A stretch of DNA of 64,000 nt, taken from assembly GCA_964555055.1 (NCBI GenBank), contig CAZKQW010000012.1, forward strand, positions 4,897-68,896, in the 5' to 3' direction. Each line of letters begins with the position of its first letter. Positions within the stretch are counted from its first letter, which is position 1. The position numbers and the translations under genes were made by a program. Below the pieces are notes generated by a model. It saw only the letters and a list, made by a program, of their open reading frames with translations. It was not told the DNA's origin and made no database searches. This stretch comes from an uncultured Pseudomonadota bacterium. Its GTDB lineage: Bacteria > UBA10199 > JACPAL01 > GCA-016699445. Shown one piece after another: positions 35,613 to 45,691 of this stretch.

Positions 35613-36800
35613 ATGCTTTCCGCGCAAACCCGATTCGTCTTCGCCCATACATCCGAGTGGAAACTCGACACGACAGGCTTCGCCCACCCGCAGCTGGGCC
35701 AAGACCTCCCCCTCATTGAAGCGGGCTTGCGGGACGCGGTTTCCTGCACCCACGCCGACGCTTCCCTTAAAAATTGGGCCTCTTCCAAGGCCGCGGACAT
35801 CACCCAGTATTTTTCCCCGGAATTCCTCCCCTCGCTCCCCCGTGAACCGGTCGCTTTGGACGCCAGCCAGCGCTTCCGGCGCCTCCGTTACCTCCTTCTC
35901 GAATGGGCCCGGCTGGCCCCGGAAAGTGTTTCCGACTTTAATGCCATGACGGAAAGGTTGGGCGCGGGAGCTTATTATAATGCTATCGAAAGCGTCTTAT
36001 TGAATGGCTTCATCCTCGACGGCCCCCTCCCGGCCGATCCGGAAGAACTACTCTTCAACTCGATGCTCGCCTACGCCCAGTGGGGACGGGCCGGTCTGAT
36101 GCCGGCCTTCCCACCCGAGGACGAGAAAAGCCGTTACCTCCGGCGGGATCCGGTCATCGGCGTCGACGGCCTCGCGCTGCCCTTCGCGATCGGTAGGGGG
36201 AACGGCGCGGCCGAAAGCTCGACCGGCATCAATCATACCCTCCTCTATACCGCCCCCACACGCGACGACGAAGACGGCATCTCGACGGAAGCGACTCCTC
36301 TCATGACCGTAGGAATCCGCCGCCATCAAGATGCTTACGCGATCGTCAAAGTGCAGGGCCAGAAGATGACACGCCAAGCCCTGGACGCGGCCGGCCGTCC
36401 GCACCGCTTACTGGATACGGCCCTCAATCTCTTAGGAACCGCCTCCCTAAAGACGTGGCTCACCCGTCGGATCGTGGGCGAATGGCACGGCGACCGACCG
36501 GCCGTGGTGCGCGTCGCGCGAGGCGAATGCCTGATGTGGGCCTTTGAGGGCATCTCGCACCCCACGAAAGACGGCAGCCTATCCGATTGCCAAGACGAAA
36601 AAAGCCGCATGGAGCTCTTAGAACAGCGCAAAACCGACCTGCTGAAGAGGTCGATGGAAAAAGCGGCCCAGTGGGAACTCCAGAAGATCCAAAAAGCCGA
36701 ACGCATCTTCGCCACCCACCGCACCGTCGCCGCCTCCCTGGGTCCTTTCCACCCGGAAGGCCCCTGGTACGCCGTGCGCTATGAGCCCCAAAAGCCTTAA
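35613..36800 (+). CDS. hypothetical protein (GC-rich orphan)
   Basis: 395-aa continuous ORF, strongly GC-rich relative to neighbours. No motif recognized. Start uncertain. Confidence 0.35.
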   Translation: MLSAQTRFVFAHTSEWKLDTTGFAHPQLGQDLPLIEAGLRDAVSCTHADASLKNWASSKAADITQYFSPEFLPSLPREPVALDASQRFRRLRYLLLEWARLAPESVSDFNAMTERLGAGAYYNAIESVLLNGFILDGPLPADPEELLFNSMLAYAQWGRAGLMPAFPPEDEKSRYLRRDPVIGVDGLALPFAIGRGNGAAESSTGINHTLLYTAPTRDDEDGISTEATPLMTVGIRRHQDAYAIVKVQGQKMTRQALDAAGRPHRLLDTALNLLGTASLKTWLTRRIVGEWHGDRPAVVRVARGECLMWAFEGISHPTKDGSLSDCQDEKSRMELLEQRKTDLLKRSMEKAAQWELQKIQKAERIFATHRTVAASLGPFHPEGPWYAVRYEPQKP

Positions 36801-36991
36801 GAAAATCCTTATTGCGCTTGAAAATCGATTCGGCTACGCACCGCCTTTCATTTTGATATTCGGTAGCAATAGTGAGAGAGCATCGGCAAAATCGGCTTCA
36901 CGCCGTTTTGCCGAGCGGAGCGAACGGTCAGATAATGAGTTTCAGATGAAGGTTTCAGGAAGAGAGCGGTCATCTCTTCCTGAATTTCAAT

Positions 36992-37066
36992 GGTGGGCTT
37001 AGCTCAGCTGGTTAGAGCGCCAGGTTGTGGCCCTGGAGGCCGAGGGTTCGAATCCCTTAGCCCACC
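36992..37066 (+). tRNA. tRNA-His: tRNA-His(GTG) with encoded G-1
   Basis: G(-1)GTGGGCT acceptor pairing AGCCCAC plus discriminator C. Anticodon loop TTGTGGC. T-arm GAGGGTTCGAATCCCTT. Confidence 0.8.
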
Positions 37067-38750
37067 CAATTGCGCATTGGCGCGAACCTAATGCAGAACC
37101 CATATTCATTCGTCCTCTAAGCTCTAGGGAGCCCTGGAGCTTAGAGACGATGATGGGTTCGGTTAGGATGTGCTTTAAAGTCGTATTGTCTCGTGTTTCC
37201 GAGATTTCCTTCAGTATCTCCGTCAAACGATCCTTGATGAGATAAGGCGTGACTAAAAGCTTTTGGTCATCCGTATTGCCTATCGTCAAAAGTTCCTGTT
37301 CCAGCTTCATTTTACGGGATTCTCGCTCCCGTAAGGCCTGAGAAATGGATTCAATATCGCCGGAAGTGCCATCCGTAATAAAACGAATCAAATTACTGAT
37401 TTCTCTAGAGATTCTATTAAGCTCCGTTTCGACGTCTTTTTTACGATTAGGAGCATTCCTCAAATAGTCTTTGATGCTTTGATTGTATTGATCCGCGGCA
37501 TATTGAATGGCCTGAGGGTTGGAAATAATGTGTTCATTGATATAATCGATAATTTCCTTTTCGACGACATCCTTTCGGATCAGAAACTTTTGATTACAGG
37601 TGGCATGACGATGGGCTTCGATACAGCCGTAATAACCGCCATGTCGGCCCGTCACGAGGGAACAGGCACTTCCGCAAACGGCACAGGACAGAATGCCGCT
37701 TAAAAGCCCTACATTATCGATCCGGAACTGCTTACCAAAGACCCTTTGCTTCCGTGTCTTGGCGACCTTTCTTCGACACTCTTCGTTTTCCTGAATGCGT
37801 TTCTGGACTTGATCCCAGAGATCCTGAGAAATGATCCTCAGGTCATCTCTTTGGGTCACGATCCAATCGCTTCGAGGCCGAGCTTTTGGGATTTTCCTAC
37901 CCGTATCGGGATCTATCGAATAAACCCTTTTATTGTAAGTCCACTTCCCAATATAGTTTTCATACCTCAAAATCCTTTCCAAAGGCCCAACTTTCCAGCC
38001 CCGGGAATAGGATTTGGGAGGTGGCACTCCCTTCTCATTGAGATATTTTGCAACATACACCCGGCCATGACCTGAGGCGTACAGCTCATAAATCTCTCTC
38101 ACTATCGCTGCTTGTGCCGGATCAATGATGATCTTGAAATGGGAAGAGACCTCTTTCCCTTTACGCTTCTCCTTCTGCGTCGCGACTGACGTATATCCGT
38201 AAGGCCTTTGCCCCGTTGAAAACTCGCTCCTGGCCCTAGCCTCCAATCCCCGACGAGTCCGTTCGGCATGAGCTTCATTGCCGAAATCGGCGACCATTCC
38301 CTTGACCGTAAAAAACGTCTTTGAATTGGGATCCGCCGAAGAAAGCCTATCGGAAATGGACACGAGCTCGACGTCGTAATGGCGAAGGAGTTGGTACAGC
38401 TCGAGGAGGTTACCCAAGGAACGGGTCAACCTCGAAAGATCGTCCACGATAAGAAGATCGAAAGCCTGCCGTCGGATTCCATTCAGAATGGCTTGATAAC
38501 CTCGCCGGCCTGCGATCTTCCCGGTAATGGCCTCATCCTTTTGGACCCACTCTGGTAGAATTTGGATCGGAGATCCCGCGTAGAGCCGAGTGGCTATCTG
38601 GTCTTTTTGGGCCAAATGGTTGATGCGGTCGATTTGATCATTGGCCGACGTCGGAGACTGCATCTCGCTGCTGTAGCGAGCGTATACCGCGGCTCGAACA
38701 GCCGGCTTTAGAGAGGCTGAGGCTTCTTCGGAGGACATACGGGATCCCAT
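36999..38750 (-). mobile_element. large serine recombinase (resolvase + recombinase + Zn-ribbon domains); 3' end overlaps tRNA-His
   Basis: Catalytic Ser region AAVYARYSSEMQ. Recombinase domain. Zn ribbon CAVCGSACSLVTGRHGGYYGCIEAHRHATC. Last ~23 codons are antisense to tRNA-His. Confidence 0.8.
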
Positions 38751-38888
38751 GGTTGATTGGATGGATAATACCGTTGGATGTCTTTTTCAAGCATGCGTTT
38801 GACGACGGCATCCATAAAATGCCGCATGCCGGCAGACAGTTCGACAATCTCCGGTTGCCTTTGGGGAAAGGAAACTATGGGATTTTCT

Positions 38889-39191
38889 TCATTGGTATTT
38901 TGCAAGCGCAGCATGACGGCTCTCCTTCCAGTCATAGAGGTTCCACTCCAAGCATTGCGCGGCCGAGAAGACCGCTATGCGTAGAACCTGGCACATGGTT
39001 TTCGATAGGGTCTGGTCCACTTCAATCCGGCTGGAATCGAAGGCGATGATATTTATCTCATCTCGAAATTCACGATAGAGCCGGATCAACTCGTGCTTCT
39101 CGGAAGCCACCAGAGTCCTGAATCCGATCTTCTTGAAAAGGCCCTTCGCTTGTTCGAGGTAGGATGTGTCGGGATCGATTAAGAAAATCAT
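38889..39191 (-). CDS. CheY-like receiver-domain fragment (single-domain, possibly degenerate)
   Basis: MIFLIDPDTSYLEQAKGLF…DEINIIAFDSS resembles the receiver N-terminus and phospho-Asp region. 100 aa, C-terminal part lacks the conserved Lys. Confidence 0.3.
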   Translation of the reverse strand: MIFLIDPDTSYLEQAKGLFKKIGFRTLVASEKHELIRLYREFRDEINIIAFDSSRIEVDQTLSKTMCQVLRIAVFSAAQCLEWNLYDWKESRHAALAKYQ

Positions 39192-39201
39192 GGAATACGG
39201 T

Positions 39202-39221
39202 ATTACAAGCCATGTGCCAAA
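39202..39221 (-). promoter_or_regulatory. second copy of sigma54-like motif (19/20 identical to pilA copy)
   Basis: Minus strand TTTGGCACatggcTTGTAAT, ~14 nt from the ATG of the receiver-like ORF and upstream of the recombinase. Confidence 0.25.
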
Positions 39222-39367
39222 GAGGATTTATGGATTTTACGCAGGTTTTTTACATTTCGAATTCATGGATCTGTTTCTTATCGTTTACAGGAAACGTTTT
39301 GCTGTTTTCATCCACTTTTAAATAACCGATTGAATTTTTTGGATTAGCTGATAAGGTTTTCGCCTAG

Positions 39368-39655
39368 ATGAGACGAATTTCTAAACTCTCCAAATTTTTA
39401 GCAGTGGCCGCTCTGGTCGGTTTTTTCAGTGTTCTTGCCGATATGCACTTGGAAGAATACTCCTCCAAACAAACATCTCAGCAAAATGATACTTGTTGCG
39501 TGACGTGTTGTCCCGCTCACCATTTGGGACCTACTGAAAAAGTAAGTCGCGTGGAGCCAGTCAAAACCCTCGATTGGGAAATCCCCGTCGAAATCGCTTT
39601 TTACTCCAAAAAATCGATCGTCTCTATTTTTCACCCTCCTCGGTTTTTAGCCTGA
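39368..39655 (+). CDS. small exported Cys-rich protein (CCVTCCPAHH)
   Basis: Signal/TM LAVAALVGFFSVLA. Cys cluster. First gene of the efflux operon. Confidence 0.35.
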   Translation: MRRISKLSKFLAVAALVGFFSVLADMHLEEYSSKQTSQQNDTCCVTCCPAHHLGPTEKVSRVEPVKTLDWEIPVEIAFYSKKSIVSIFHPPRFLA

Positions 39656-39726
39656 TTCACCTCTTCATTATTCATCAATAATGTCAGTTTTCACGAACGA
39701 GAGCCTCATCTCGCGAGGATACGTGT

Positions 39727-40971
39727 ATGAAAAAGGCCTTAGTCCTTTGTGTTTCCCTATTTTTCTCACCGGTTTTGGCGTTCGCAGAACCTCAAAACTG
39801 CGCGTTCAAAAAGACGCAGGATATTTTGGATTGCGCCCTTCAAAACCACCCTGAGGTGGTCCAATCTAAAGCGTCCCTTGAGCGGGATTTGGCACTAAAA
39901 AAGATCGCTCGCCAAAGGCCTAATCCTGAATTGGAGAGTAAGATTATCTCCGGGAATGAGGCAGGAACCTCCGTCCTGACCACCGAAACAAGCCTGCTTC
40001 ATACACTCGAATTAGGGGGAAAACGTAAATTCAGGATTCGAGAAGCACTCGCTCAAGGGGAATTGGCTCAAGCCAGCCTCTTGGAATCCCAGGAACTTAC
40101 GGCCCTGAATACAGTTCTTGCTCTCTACCGTCTGAGGCAAATTCGATCAGAATTGGCATACATCAAAGAATCTCTAACGACATTCGACCGTATCCTCCGC
40201 CAATTCAAGTCTCGTCCTTTGCTTCCGCCTGAACAAGCCGTGTCTCTTTCCGTGTTCGACCTTGCAAAGCAGGAATACCAACTCCGTGAAAAGTCTCTTT
40301 TAGAAGAAGAACAGGGCCTAGAGACTTTTTTAGAAGTCGCGACTGGCACTTCCTTCTCGAAAATAGCGGGATTTTTACCCGAGCAAAAACGTTCATGGCC
40401 TAAAATCAGTCTCGCCGTCGACGAGAAGAATGCCGTGGTTACTTCCGGTTCCGAAATCAAAAAAGCCGAAGCCGATCTAAAGAAGGCTGAAGCCGGCTTA
40501 AAACTCGCTAAAAGCAACGCTTGGCCCGATTTTAAATTGGGCCCCACTGTCGAAACGGGAACTCTAGGTCATAAGGATAGTGTAGCCGTAGGGGGTAGTG
40601 TTGCCATACCTCTTCCACTTTTGAATTTGAATCGCGGAGAGAAGGCTTATGCAGCGCTTGAAAAAGCCAGGGCTTTCTCAAGCCTCGAACACACGCGCAA
40701 AAAGGTCTCTTCTGAAAGAATCAAGCAAGTGAAGCGATACCAAAATGCCGTGCAAGTCCTTTCACGGGTTCATTTCCAAGACTTAAATCAGAAGCATCAT
40801 GAGGTGGAAAGATTCTTCGATAAGGGATTGGTCCCTAGCTCGCTCGTGATCGAATCTCATCGCCAGCTTCTTGAGATCACCAAAAGCTTTCATGAACAGG
40901 AACTCACGGCAATCGATTCCCTGTGGCGCGTCTACGTCATCGACGGTGAAATATTTGAGAGGAAGTTATGA
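39727..40971 (+). CDS. outer membrane efflux protein (TolC/CzcC family)
   Basis: Signal peptide MKKALVLCVSLFFSPVLAFA. Two OEP repeats. 414 aa. Confidence 0.8.
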   Translation: MKKALVLCVSLFFSPVLAFAEPQNCAFKKTQDILDCALQNHPEVVQSKASLERDLALKKIARQRPNPELESKIISGNEAGTSVLTTETSLLHTLELGGKRKFRIREALAQGELAQASLLESQELTALNTVLALYRLRQIRSELAYIKESLTTFDRILRQFKSRPLLPPEQAVSLSVFDLAKQEYQLREKSLLEEEQGLETFLEVATGTSFSKIAGFLPEQKRSWPKISLAVDEKNAVVTSGSEIKKAEADLKKAEAGLKLAKSNAWPDFKLGPTVETGTLGHKDSVAVGGSVAIPLPLLNLNRGEKAYAALEKARAFSSLEHTRKKVSSERIKQVKRYQNAVQVLSRVHFQDLNQKHHEVERFFDKGLVPSSLVIESHRQLLEITKSFHEQELTAIDSLWRVYVIDGEIFERKL

Positions 40972-41480
40972 GACTCAAAAAGATAAGAATATTTACTTTT
41001 GTCCTTCTAGTGGCGGCCCTCAGTTTCATCGTGGCTAGAGAGTATGAACAATCTCATCAAGGCCACGATCATCATGACCATGAAGAACACGCCGAGGGAA
41101 ACGGCACGGAAGAAGTCGATAACCATGAGCATAAAGAACATGCTGAAGAGGAAGAAACTTCAGGCAGTGTTGGTCCTGGAAAGGCCGTCGAAGAAGTCCA
41201 CGAAGAATCAGGCATCCGATTATCTACCGCGGCGATGAAGCGACTGGGTGTCAAGACTATGCCTGTTTCTCATCTTTCATCCCCTTATCCAGTCTCCGCT
41301 TTAGTGAAGTACCAAGAAGAAATCGGAATTTATCGTTACCGACAGGGATGGTTCAAATTAATCCCTTCAGACTCAACCTCTTTCCAACCAGGGGATGAAA
41401 TCGTCGTTTACGGCGCGGCTTTGTTGAGAGCCGCGGAACTCGATGCTTTTGGCGGCGGAGAAGAAGGACACGGACATTAA
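40968..41480 (+). CDS. His-rich short periplasmic protein in adaptor (MFP) position
   Basis: 170 aa. TM, HQGHDHHDHEEHAEGNG…HEHKEH. The ends resemble the MFP membrane-proximal segments (GIRLSTAAMKRLGVKT…, …GDEIVVYGAALL). Hairpin, lipoyl and barrel domains absent. Confidence 0.45.
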   Translation: MRLKKIRIFTFVLLVAALSFIVAREYEQSHQGHDHHDHEEHAEGNGTEEVDNHEHKEHAEEEETSGSVGPGKAVEEVHEESGIRLSTAAMKRLGVKTMPVSHLSSPYPVSALVKYQEEIGIYRYRQGWFKLIPSDSTSFQPGDEIVVYGAALLRAAELDAFGGGEEGHGH

Positions 41481-41492
41481 GGAGCTTAACTC

Positions 41493-44400
41493 ATGATCAA
41501 TAAGATTATTTCATTTTCCGTCTATAATAGGGTGGTTGTGCTGGTATTCACTGGCCTTCTTATCTTGGCAGGTATTCTGGCTTTTGAGAAGCTTCCCATC
41601 GATGCGGTACCGGACATCACGAATGTCCAAGTTCAGATTAATACGCCGGTAGAGGGTTTTGCCCCCCAAGAAATCGAACGCACGATCACTTATCCCATCG
41701 AAGCGGCTATGAATGGCCTGGCCGGCGTGACAGAAGTCCGCTCCATTACCCGATTCGGCCTCTCTCAAGTCACGGTTACTTTTGAGGATCACACCGACAT
41801 TTATCGGGCGCGGCAACTCGTCTCCGAACGTCTTCAAAGGACTTTGGGATCCCTTCCTAAAAACATCCAGCCTACTTTAGGGCCCGTCTCAACCGGTTTG
41901 GGAGAGATCTACCATTATGCGGTCGAGGCCGAAAAAACGGCGACAGGTCCGGAAAGAACGCTCCAAATGATGGAACTCAGGGCCTTACAAGAATATTTCG
42001 TCAAGCCCCGGCTTTTAACCGTCAAAGGAGTGGCCGAGGTCAATACGATCGGAGGGTATGAAAAGCAGTTCCATATTCAGCCCAGACCTCAAGATATGGC
42101 CGAATATGGGGTGCACTTCGATGAGATCGCGGAAGCCCTGGAAAGGACTAACCGCAACACGGGCGGAGGTTACGTCGAGCAAACATCGGAACAGTTCATC
42201 GTTCAGGTCGTCGGCCTTTTAAAGAATGAGGAAGACATCAAGGCGGTCCCCATCCGTCCCTTGGAATCCCTTAAGACATTGACCATCAGTGATGTGGCAG
42301 ACGTGAGTCTAGGAACTGAGCTCCGTACTGGGGCTGCTTTGGTTAACGGACATGAAGCAGTCATCGGCACGGCCTTCATGCTTTTAGGAGAGAACAGTCG
42401 CACTGTTTCCTTAAGAGTCGCTGAGAAAATACAAGAGATCCAAAAAGATTTACCCGAAGGCTATCGGCTTATCCCTCTTTATAACCGTTCAGAGCTGGTG
42501 AATTCTACCCTAGGGACCGTCGAGCACAATCTTCTCCTGGGGGCCTTCCTAGTCATTATCGTCCTATTAGCCCTCGTAGGGAATGTCAGAGCGGCCATCA
42601 TCACGGCGATCACTATCCCCCTTTCGCTTCTATTCACTTTTCTCATCATGCGTTGGCAGGGAATTTCGGGAAACCTCATGAGCTTGGGGGCTTTGGATTT
42701 CGGGATCATCATCGACGGAGCCGTTATCGTCTTGGATAACTGCGTTCGTTTTGTCCATGACCGGAGCCGAGCGTTAGGTCGCTCTTTAACGCGTCAAGAA
42801 TTGAAGGAAGCCGTCATCGAAGCGACTATCGAAATCAGAAAGGCAGCCGGATTCGGGGAGTTGATCATCGTCATCGTCTTCCTTCCCATCTTCGCCCTAA
42901 CCGGCATCGAAGGCAAAATGTTCCAGCCGATGGCCGCCACCTTCATCTTCGCGGTGATCGGAGCCTTGATCCTTTCCTTCACGACGGCTCCTGCCTTGGC
43001 AAGCCTTTTCCTATCCGGCAAGGCGCAGGACAAAGAGCCATGGCTGATGAAAAAAGTGCGCCATATCTACTCTCCCGTTCTGCGTTGGGCTTTGGTGCGC
43101 AAAAGGCTCGTTTCCCTAGCTGGGCTTTCCATGATTATTCTGGGGGGAATCCTATTTTCATTTTTAGGTGGTGAGTTCTTACCTCGATTGGATGAGGGGT
43201 CCTTCGTCCTCCAATTAGTGAGGCCGGCAAATATCAATCTTTCACAATCGATCGAGCTTCAGAAAGTATCGGAAGATGTCATTAAAGAGTTTCCGGAAGT
43301 GAGCGCTGTTTTCTCCCGCATCGGAACCGCCGAAGTCGCGACAGACCCCATGGGGGTCAACTTGGCCGACACCTTCATCATGCTCAAGGATAAGAAGGAA
43401 TGGCCGAAAATTAATGGAAGCAAGAGGGACAAAGAAGGGTTGGAAAAGGCTGTGATGCAACATTTAGAGGAGGAAGTGCCCGGGCAAAGAATTCTCCTCA
43501 CCCAGCCCATCGAAATGCGCTTCAATGAACTCATGGAAGGCACGCGTGCCGCTGTGTCCGTGAAGCTTTTCGGGGAAGACATGAACACCTTGGTGTCTCT
43601 TACCAAAGAAATCGCCGAAGTGATCGAAAAGGTTCCAGGAGCCGGTGATGTGGAAGCCGAAGTCAAATCGCCATCCCCCATGCTGCGCATAGAGCCTAAT
43701 TACGCTTTCCTTCATCGCTTAGGGATTTCCATCCAAGAAGTGCTGGAGGCGGTAGGGACGGGTTTAGGTGGCTTGGAGTCAGGACATATTTATGAGGGAG
43801 TCCGGCGTTTCCCCATGGTGGTCCGTTTAAGCAATGAAAACCGTTCCGACTTGGAAACGATTCGAAATCTTCCTGTAGGGATCGCCACAAATCTGACCGC
43901 TCCTTTAAAGCAAGTAGCTACGGTCAGCTTCGTGGAAGACTATAGCTCCATCTCACGGGAAAGTTCCAAGAGACGCGCAGCTGTTTTGATCAACCCTAGA
44001 GGTCGGGACACGGAAAGCTTCGTGAATGAAGCTCAGGAGAAAGTGACCCAAGCCGTGAAGTTACCCGAAGGATATTATATGGAATGGGGTGGCAACTTTG
44101 AAAACCTGAAAGAAGCAAAAACTCGCTTAATGATCCTCACTCCTTTGATCCTAGTCATCGTTTTACTGATGATTTATGCCGCCTTTCGCGACTTCTTTCA
44201 AACCCTTCTGATATTTTTAGGAATCCCATTAGCTCTCGTAGGCGGTGTCCTAGGCCTTATGTTGAATGGCCTTCCTTTCAGCATCTCGGCAGGCGTCGGT
44301 TTCGTCGCTTTATGCGGGATCGCCGTCTTGAATGGCGTGGTTTTGATTAGCTACTTCAATCAACTACGGAAAAGTGGCCTTACTCCTCGGGAAGTTGTCC

Positions 44401-44642
44401 TCAAAGGGACCGACGTACGCTTACGTCCTATCCTCATGACCGCTCTGGTGGAAATCTTCGGTTTTCTACCGATGATGCTCTCCACAGGAGTCGGAGCCGA
44501 AGTACAAAAACCATTGGCTTCCGTTGTTATCGGAGGCATCGTTTCCTCAACGCTTCTTACCCTCGTTGTTTTACCAACGATTTACGCCTGGGCCGCGAAT
44601 ACATTCGGAATCGGGAAAGAGGAAGGTCAAAAGAATGAGTGA
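41493..44642 (+). CDS. heavy-metal efflux RND transporter (CzcA/CusA family)
   Basis: 1049 aa with 12-TM RND architecture and two large periplasmic loops. Confidence 0.9.
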   Translation: MINKIISFSVYNRVVVLVFTGLLILAGILAFEKLPIDAVPDITNVQVQINTPVEGFAPQEIERTITYPIEAAMNGLAGVTEVRSITRFGLSQVTVTFEDHTDIYRARQLVSERLQRTLGSLPKNIQPTLGPVSTGLGEIYHYAVEAEKTATGPERTLQMMELRALQEYFVKPRLLTVKGVAEVNTIGGYEKQFHIQPRPQDMAEYGVHFDEIAEALERTNRNTGGGYVEQTSEQFIVQVVGLLKNEEDIKAVPIRPLESLKTLTISDVADVSLGTELRTGAALVNGHEAVIGTAFMLLGENSRTVSLRVAEKIQEIQKDLPEGYRLIPLYNRSELVNSTLGTVEHNLLLGAFLVIIVLLALVGNVRAAIITAITIPLSLLFTFLIMRWQGISGNLMSLGALDFGIIIDGAVIVLDNCVRFVHDRSRALGRSLTRQELKEAVIEATIEIRKAAGFGELIIVIVFLPIFALTGIEGKMFQPMAATFIFAVIGALILSFTTAPALASLFLSGKAQDKEPWLMKKVRHIYSPVLRWALVRKRLVSLAGLSMIILGGILFSFLGGEFLPRLDEGSFVLQLVRPANINLSQSIELQKVSEDVIKEFPEVSAVFSRIGTAEVATDPMGVNLADTFIMLKDKKEWPKINGSKRDKEGLEKAVMQHLEEEVPGQRILLTQPIEMRFNELMEGTRAAVSVKLFGEDMNTLVSLTKEIAEVIEKVPGAGDVEAEVKSPSPMLRIEPNYAFLHRLGISIQEVLEAVGTGLGGLESGHIYEGVRRFPMVVRLSNENRSDLETIRNLPVGIATNLTAPLKQVATVSFVEDYSSISRESSKRRAAVLINPRGRDTESFVNEAQEKVTQAVKLPEGYYMEWGGNFENLKEAKTRLMILTPLILVIVLLMIYAAFRDFFQTLLIFLGIPLALVGGVLGLMLNGLPFSISAGVGFVALCGIAVLNGVVLISYFNQLRKSGLTPREVVLKGTDVRLRPILMTALVEIFGFLPMMLSTGVGAEVQKPLASVVIGGIVSSTLLTLVVLPTIYAWAANTFGIGKEEGQKNE

Positions 44643-45246
44643 TAATTGCCAAGATGGATGTGTTTCCACTCAGGAACATTTATCGAAGGAATATCGTCGG
44701 ATCCTTTGGATCTGCTTGGCTGCCAATGCCTTGATGTTCTTCGTTCAAGCCTTCGCCAGTATGGCTGCTTATTCAGCTTCTTTATTGGCGAACTCAGCGG
44801 ATTTTCTGGCGGATGCCATCAATTATGGGGTTACTTTGTTGGTAATCGGTAGCAGCGAGAGATCCAAACGACGAGCGTCAATGGTAAAGGGGACATCACT
44901 CGCCATCACGGGCCTGTGGGCCGCTTTTGAAACTTTACACCACGCGGTAACCCAAAAAACTCCTGAAGCGGATATTATGGGATGGGTCAGCTTAGTCGCC
45001 CTGACAGTCAACATTGTTTGTGCCGTACTTCTTTATAAGCACCGAAGTGGGGATATTAATATGCGTTCGGTTTGGATTTGCAGCCGAAATGACGCTCTCG
45101 GGAATATTGCGGTCATGGCCGCCGCATTAGGAGTTTTTGCGACTGCTACCGTCTGGCCAGATATCTTGATCGCAACGGTTTTGGCTGGGCTCGGTTTGCA
45201 CGGGGCGTATCAAATATTATTTAAATCTTCAAAAATACGCGTGTAA
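44635..45246 (+). CDS. cation diffusion facilitator, transmembrane domain only
   Basis: Start taken at MSDNCQDG. 6 TM with CDF-like HH/D motifs (LLANSADFLADAINY, AFETLHHAV). ~203 aa with no C-terminal cytoplasmic domain. Overlaps the RND stop by 8 nt. Confidence 0.6.
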   Translation: MSDNCQDGCVSTQEHLSKEYRRILWICLAANALMFFVQAFASMAAYSASLLANSADFLADAINYGVTLLVIGSSERSKRRASMVKGTSLAITGLWAAFETLHHAVTQKTPEADIMGWVSLVALTVNIVCAVLLYKHRSGDINMRSVWICSRNDALGNIAVMAAALGVFATATVWPDILIATVLAGLGLHGAYQILFKSSKIRV

Positions 45247-45322
45247 GAAGCCAAACTAATTATGTGAAACACAATATTACAAGCTATGTTCCAACGTTTA
45301 TAAGAAACGTTTCTGGCTCAGT

Positions 45323-45673
45323 TTAGAAACTGATCCCAAACCTCTTTAAAATCCAAATATACATAAGATAACTGACCACCATTCCCGCAGACGAAAGAGT
45401 TAATGCCAACGGAAACTTCATCCCGATCTTCAGGAGAAAAGGCAAGATCAGGAAAAATAATAGAGAAGGCAACACAGCCCAGAAAATCCCATAGGATAAA
45501 GAGACAATTTTTTCGGAATCATGGGTATCCCGATACAGCCAAATCATGGCAAGAATCGACGTTAAGGGAAGAGCTGCAAGAATGGCCGCGGCTACCGACC
45601 ACCTCTTTCCAAGCTCGGAGACTCCTACAACGACCACAGCAGAGATCGCTGTTTTGAATAAAAAAGAGTTCAT
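45323..45673 (-). CDS. small integral membrane protein (DUF3147-like)
   Basis: 116 aa with 4 predicted TM helices. Confidence 0.4.
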   Translation of the reverse strand: MNSFLFKTAISAVVVVGVSELGKRWSVAAAILAALPLTSILAMIWLYRDTHDSEKIVSLSYGIFWAVLPSLLFFLILPFLLKIGMKFPLALTLSSAGMVVSYLMYIWILKRFGISF

Positions 45674-45691
45674 CTCAAAACCTCACTTTTC

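Noticed and set aside
35517-35753. N-terminal 79-aa extension of ApaG ORF
   Set aside because: ApaG domain proteins are ~125 aa. The internal Met MSTSTATT gives the expected size, and the extension overlaps the divergent 395-aa ORF.
38708-38935. 75-aa ORF (possible excisionase/RDF) overlapping recombinase start and receiver-like ORF
   Set aside because: Overlaps two other ORFs in different frames and has no HTH-like motif. Kept only as a possibility.
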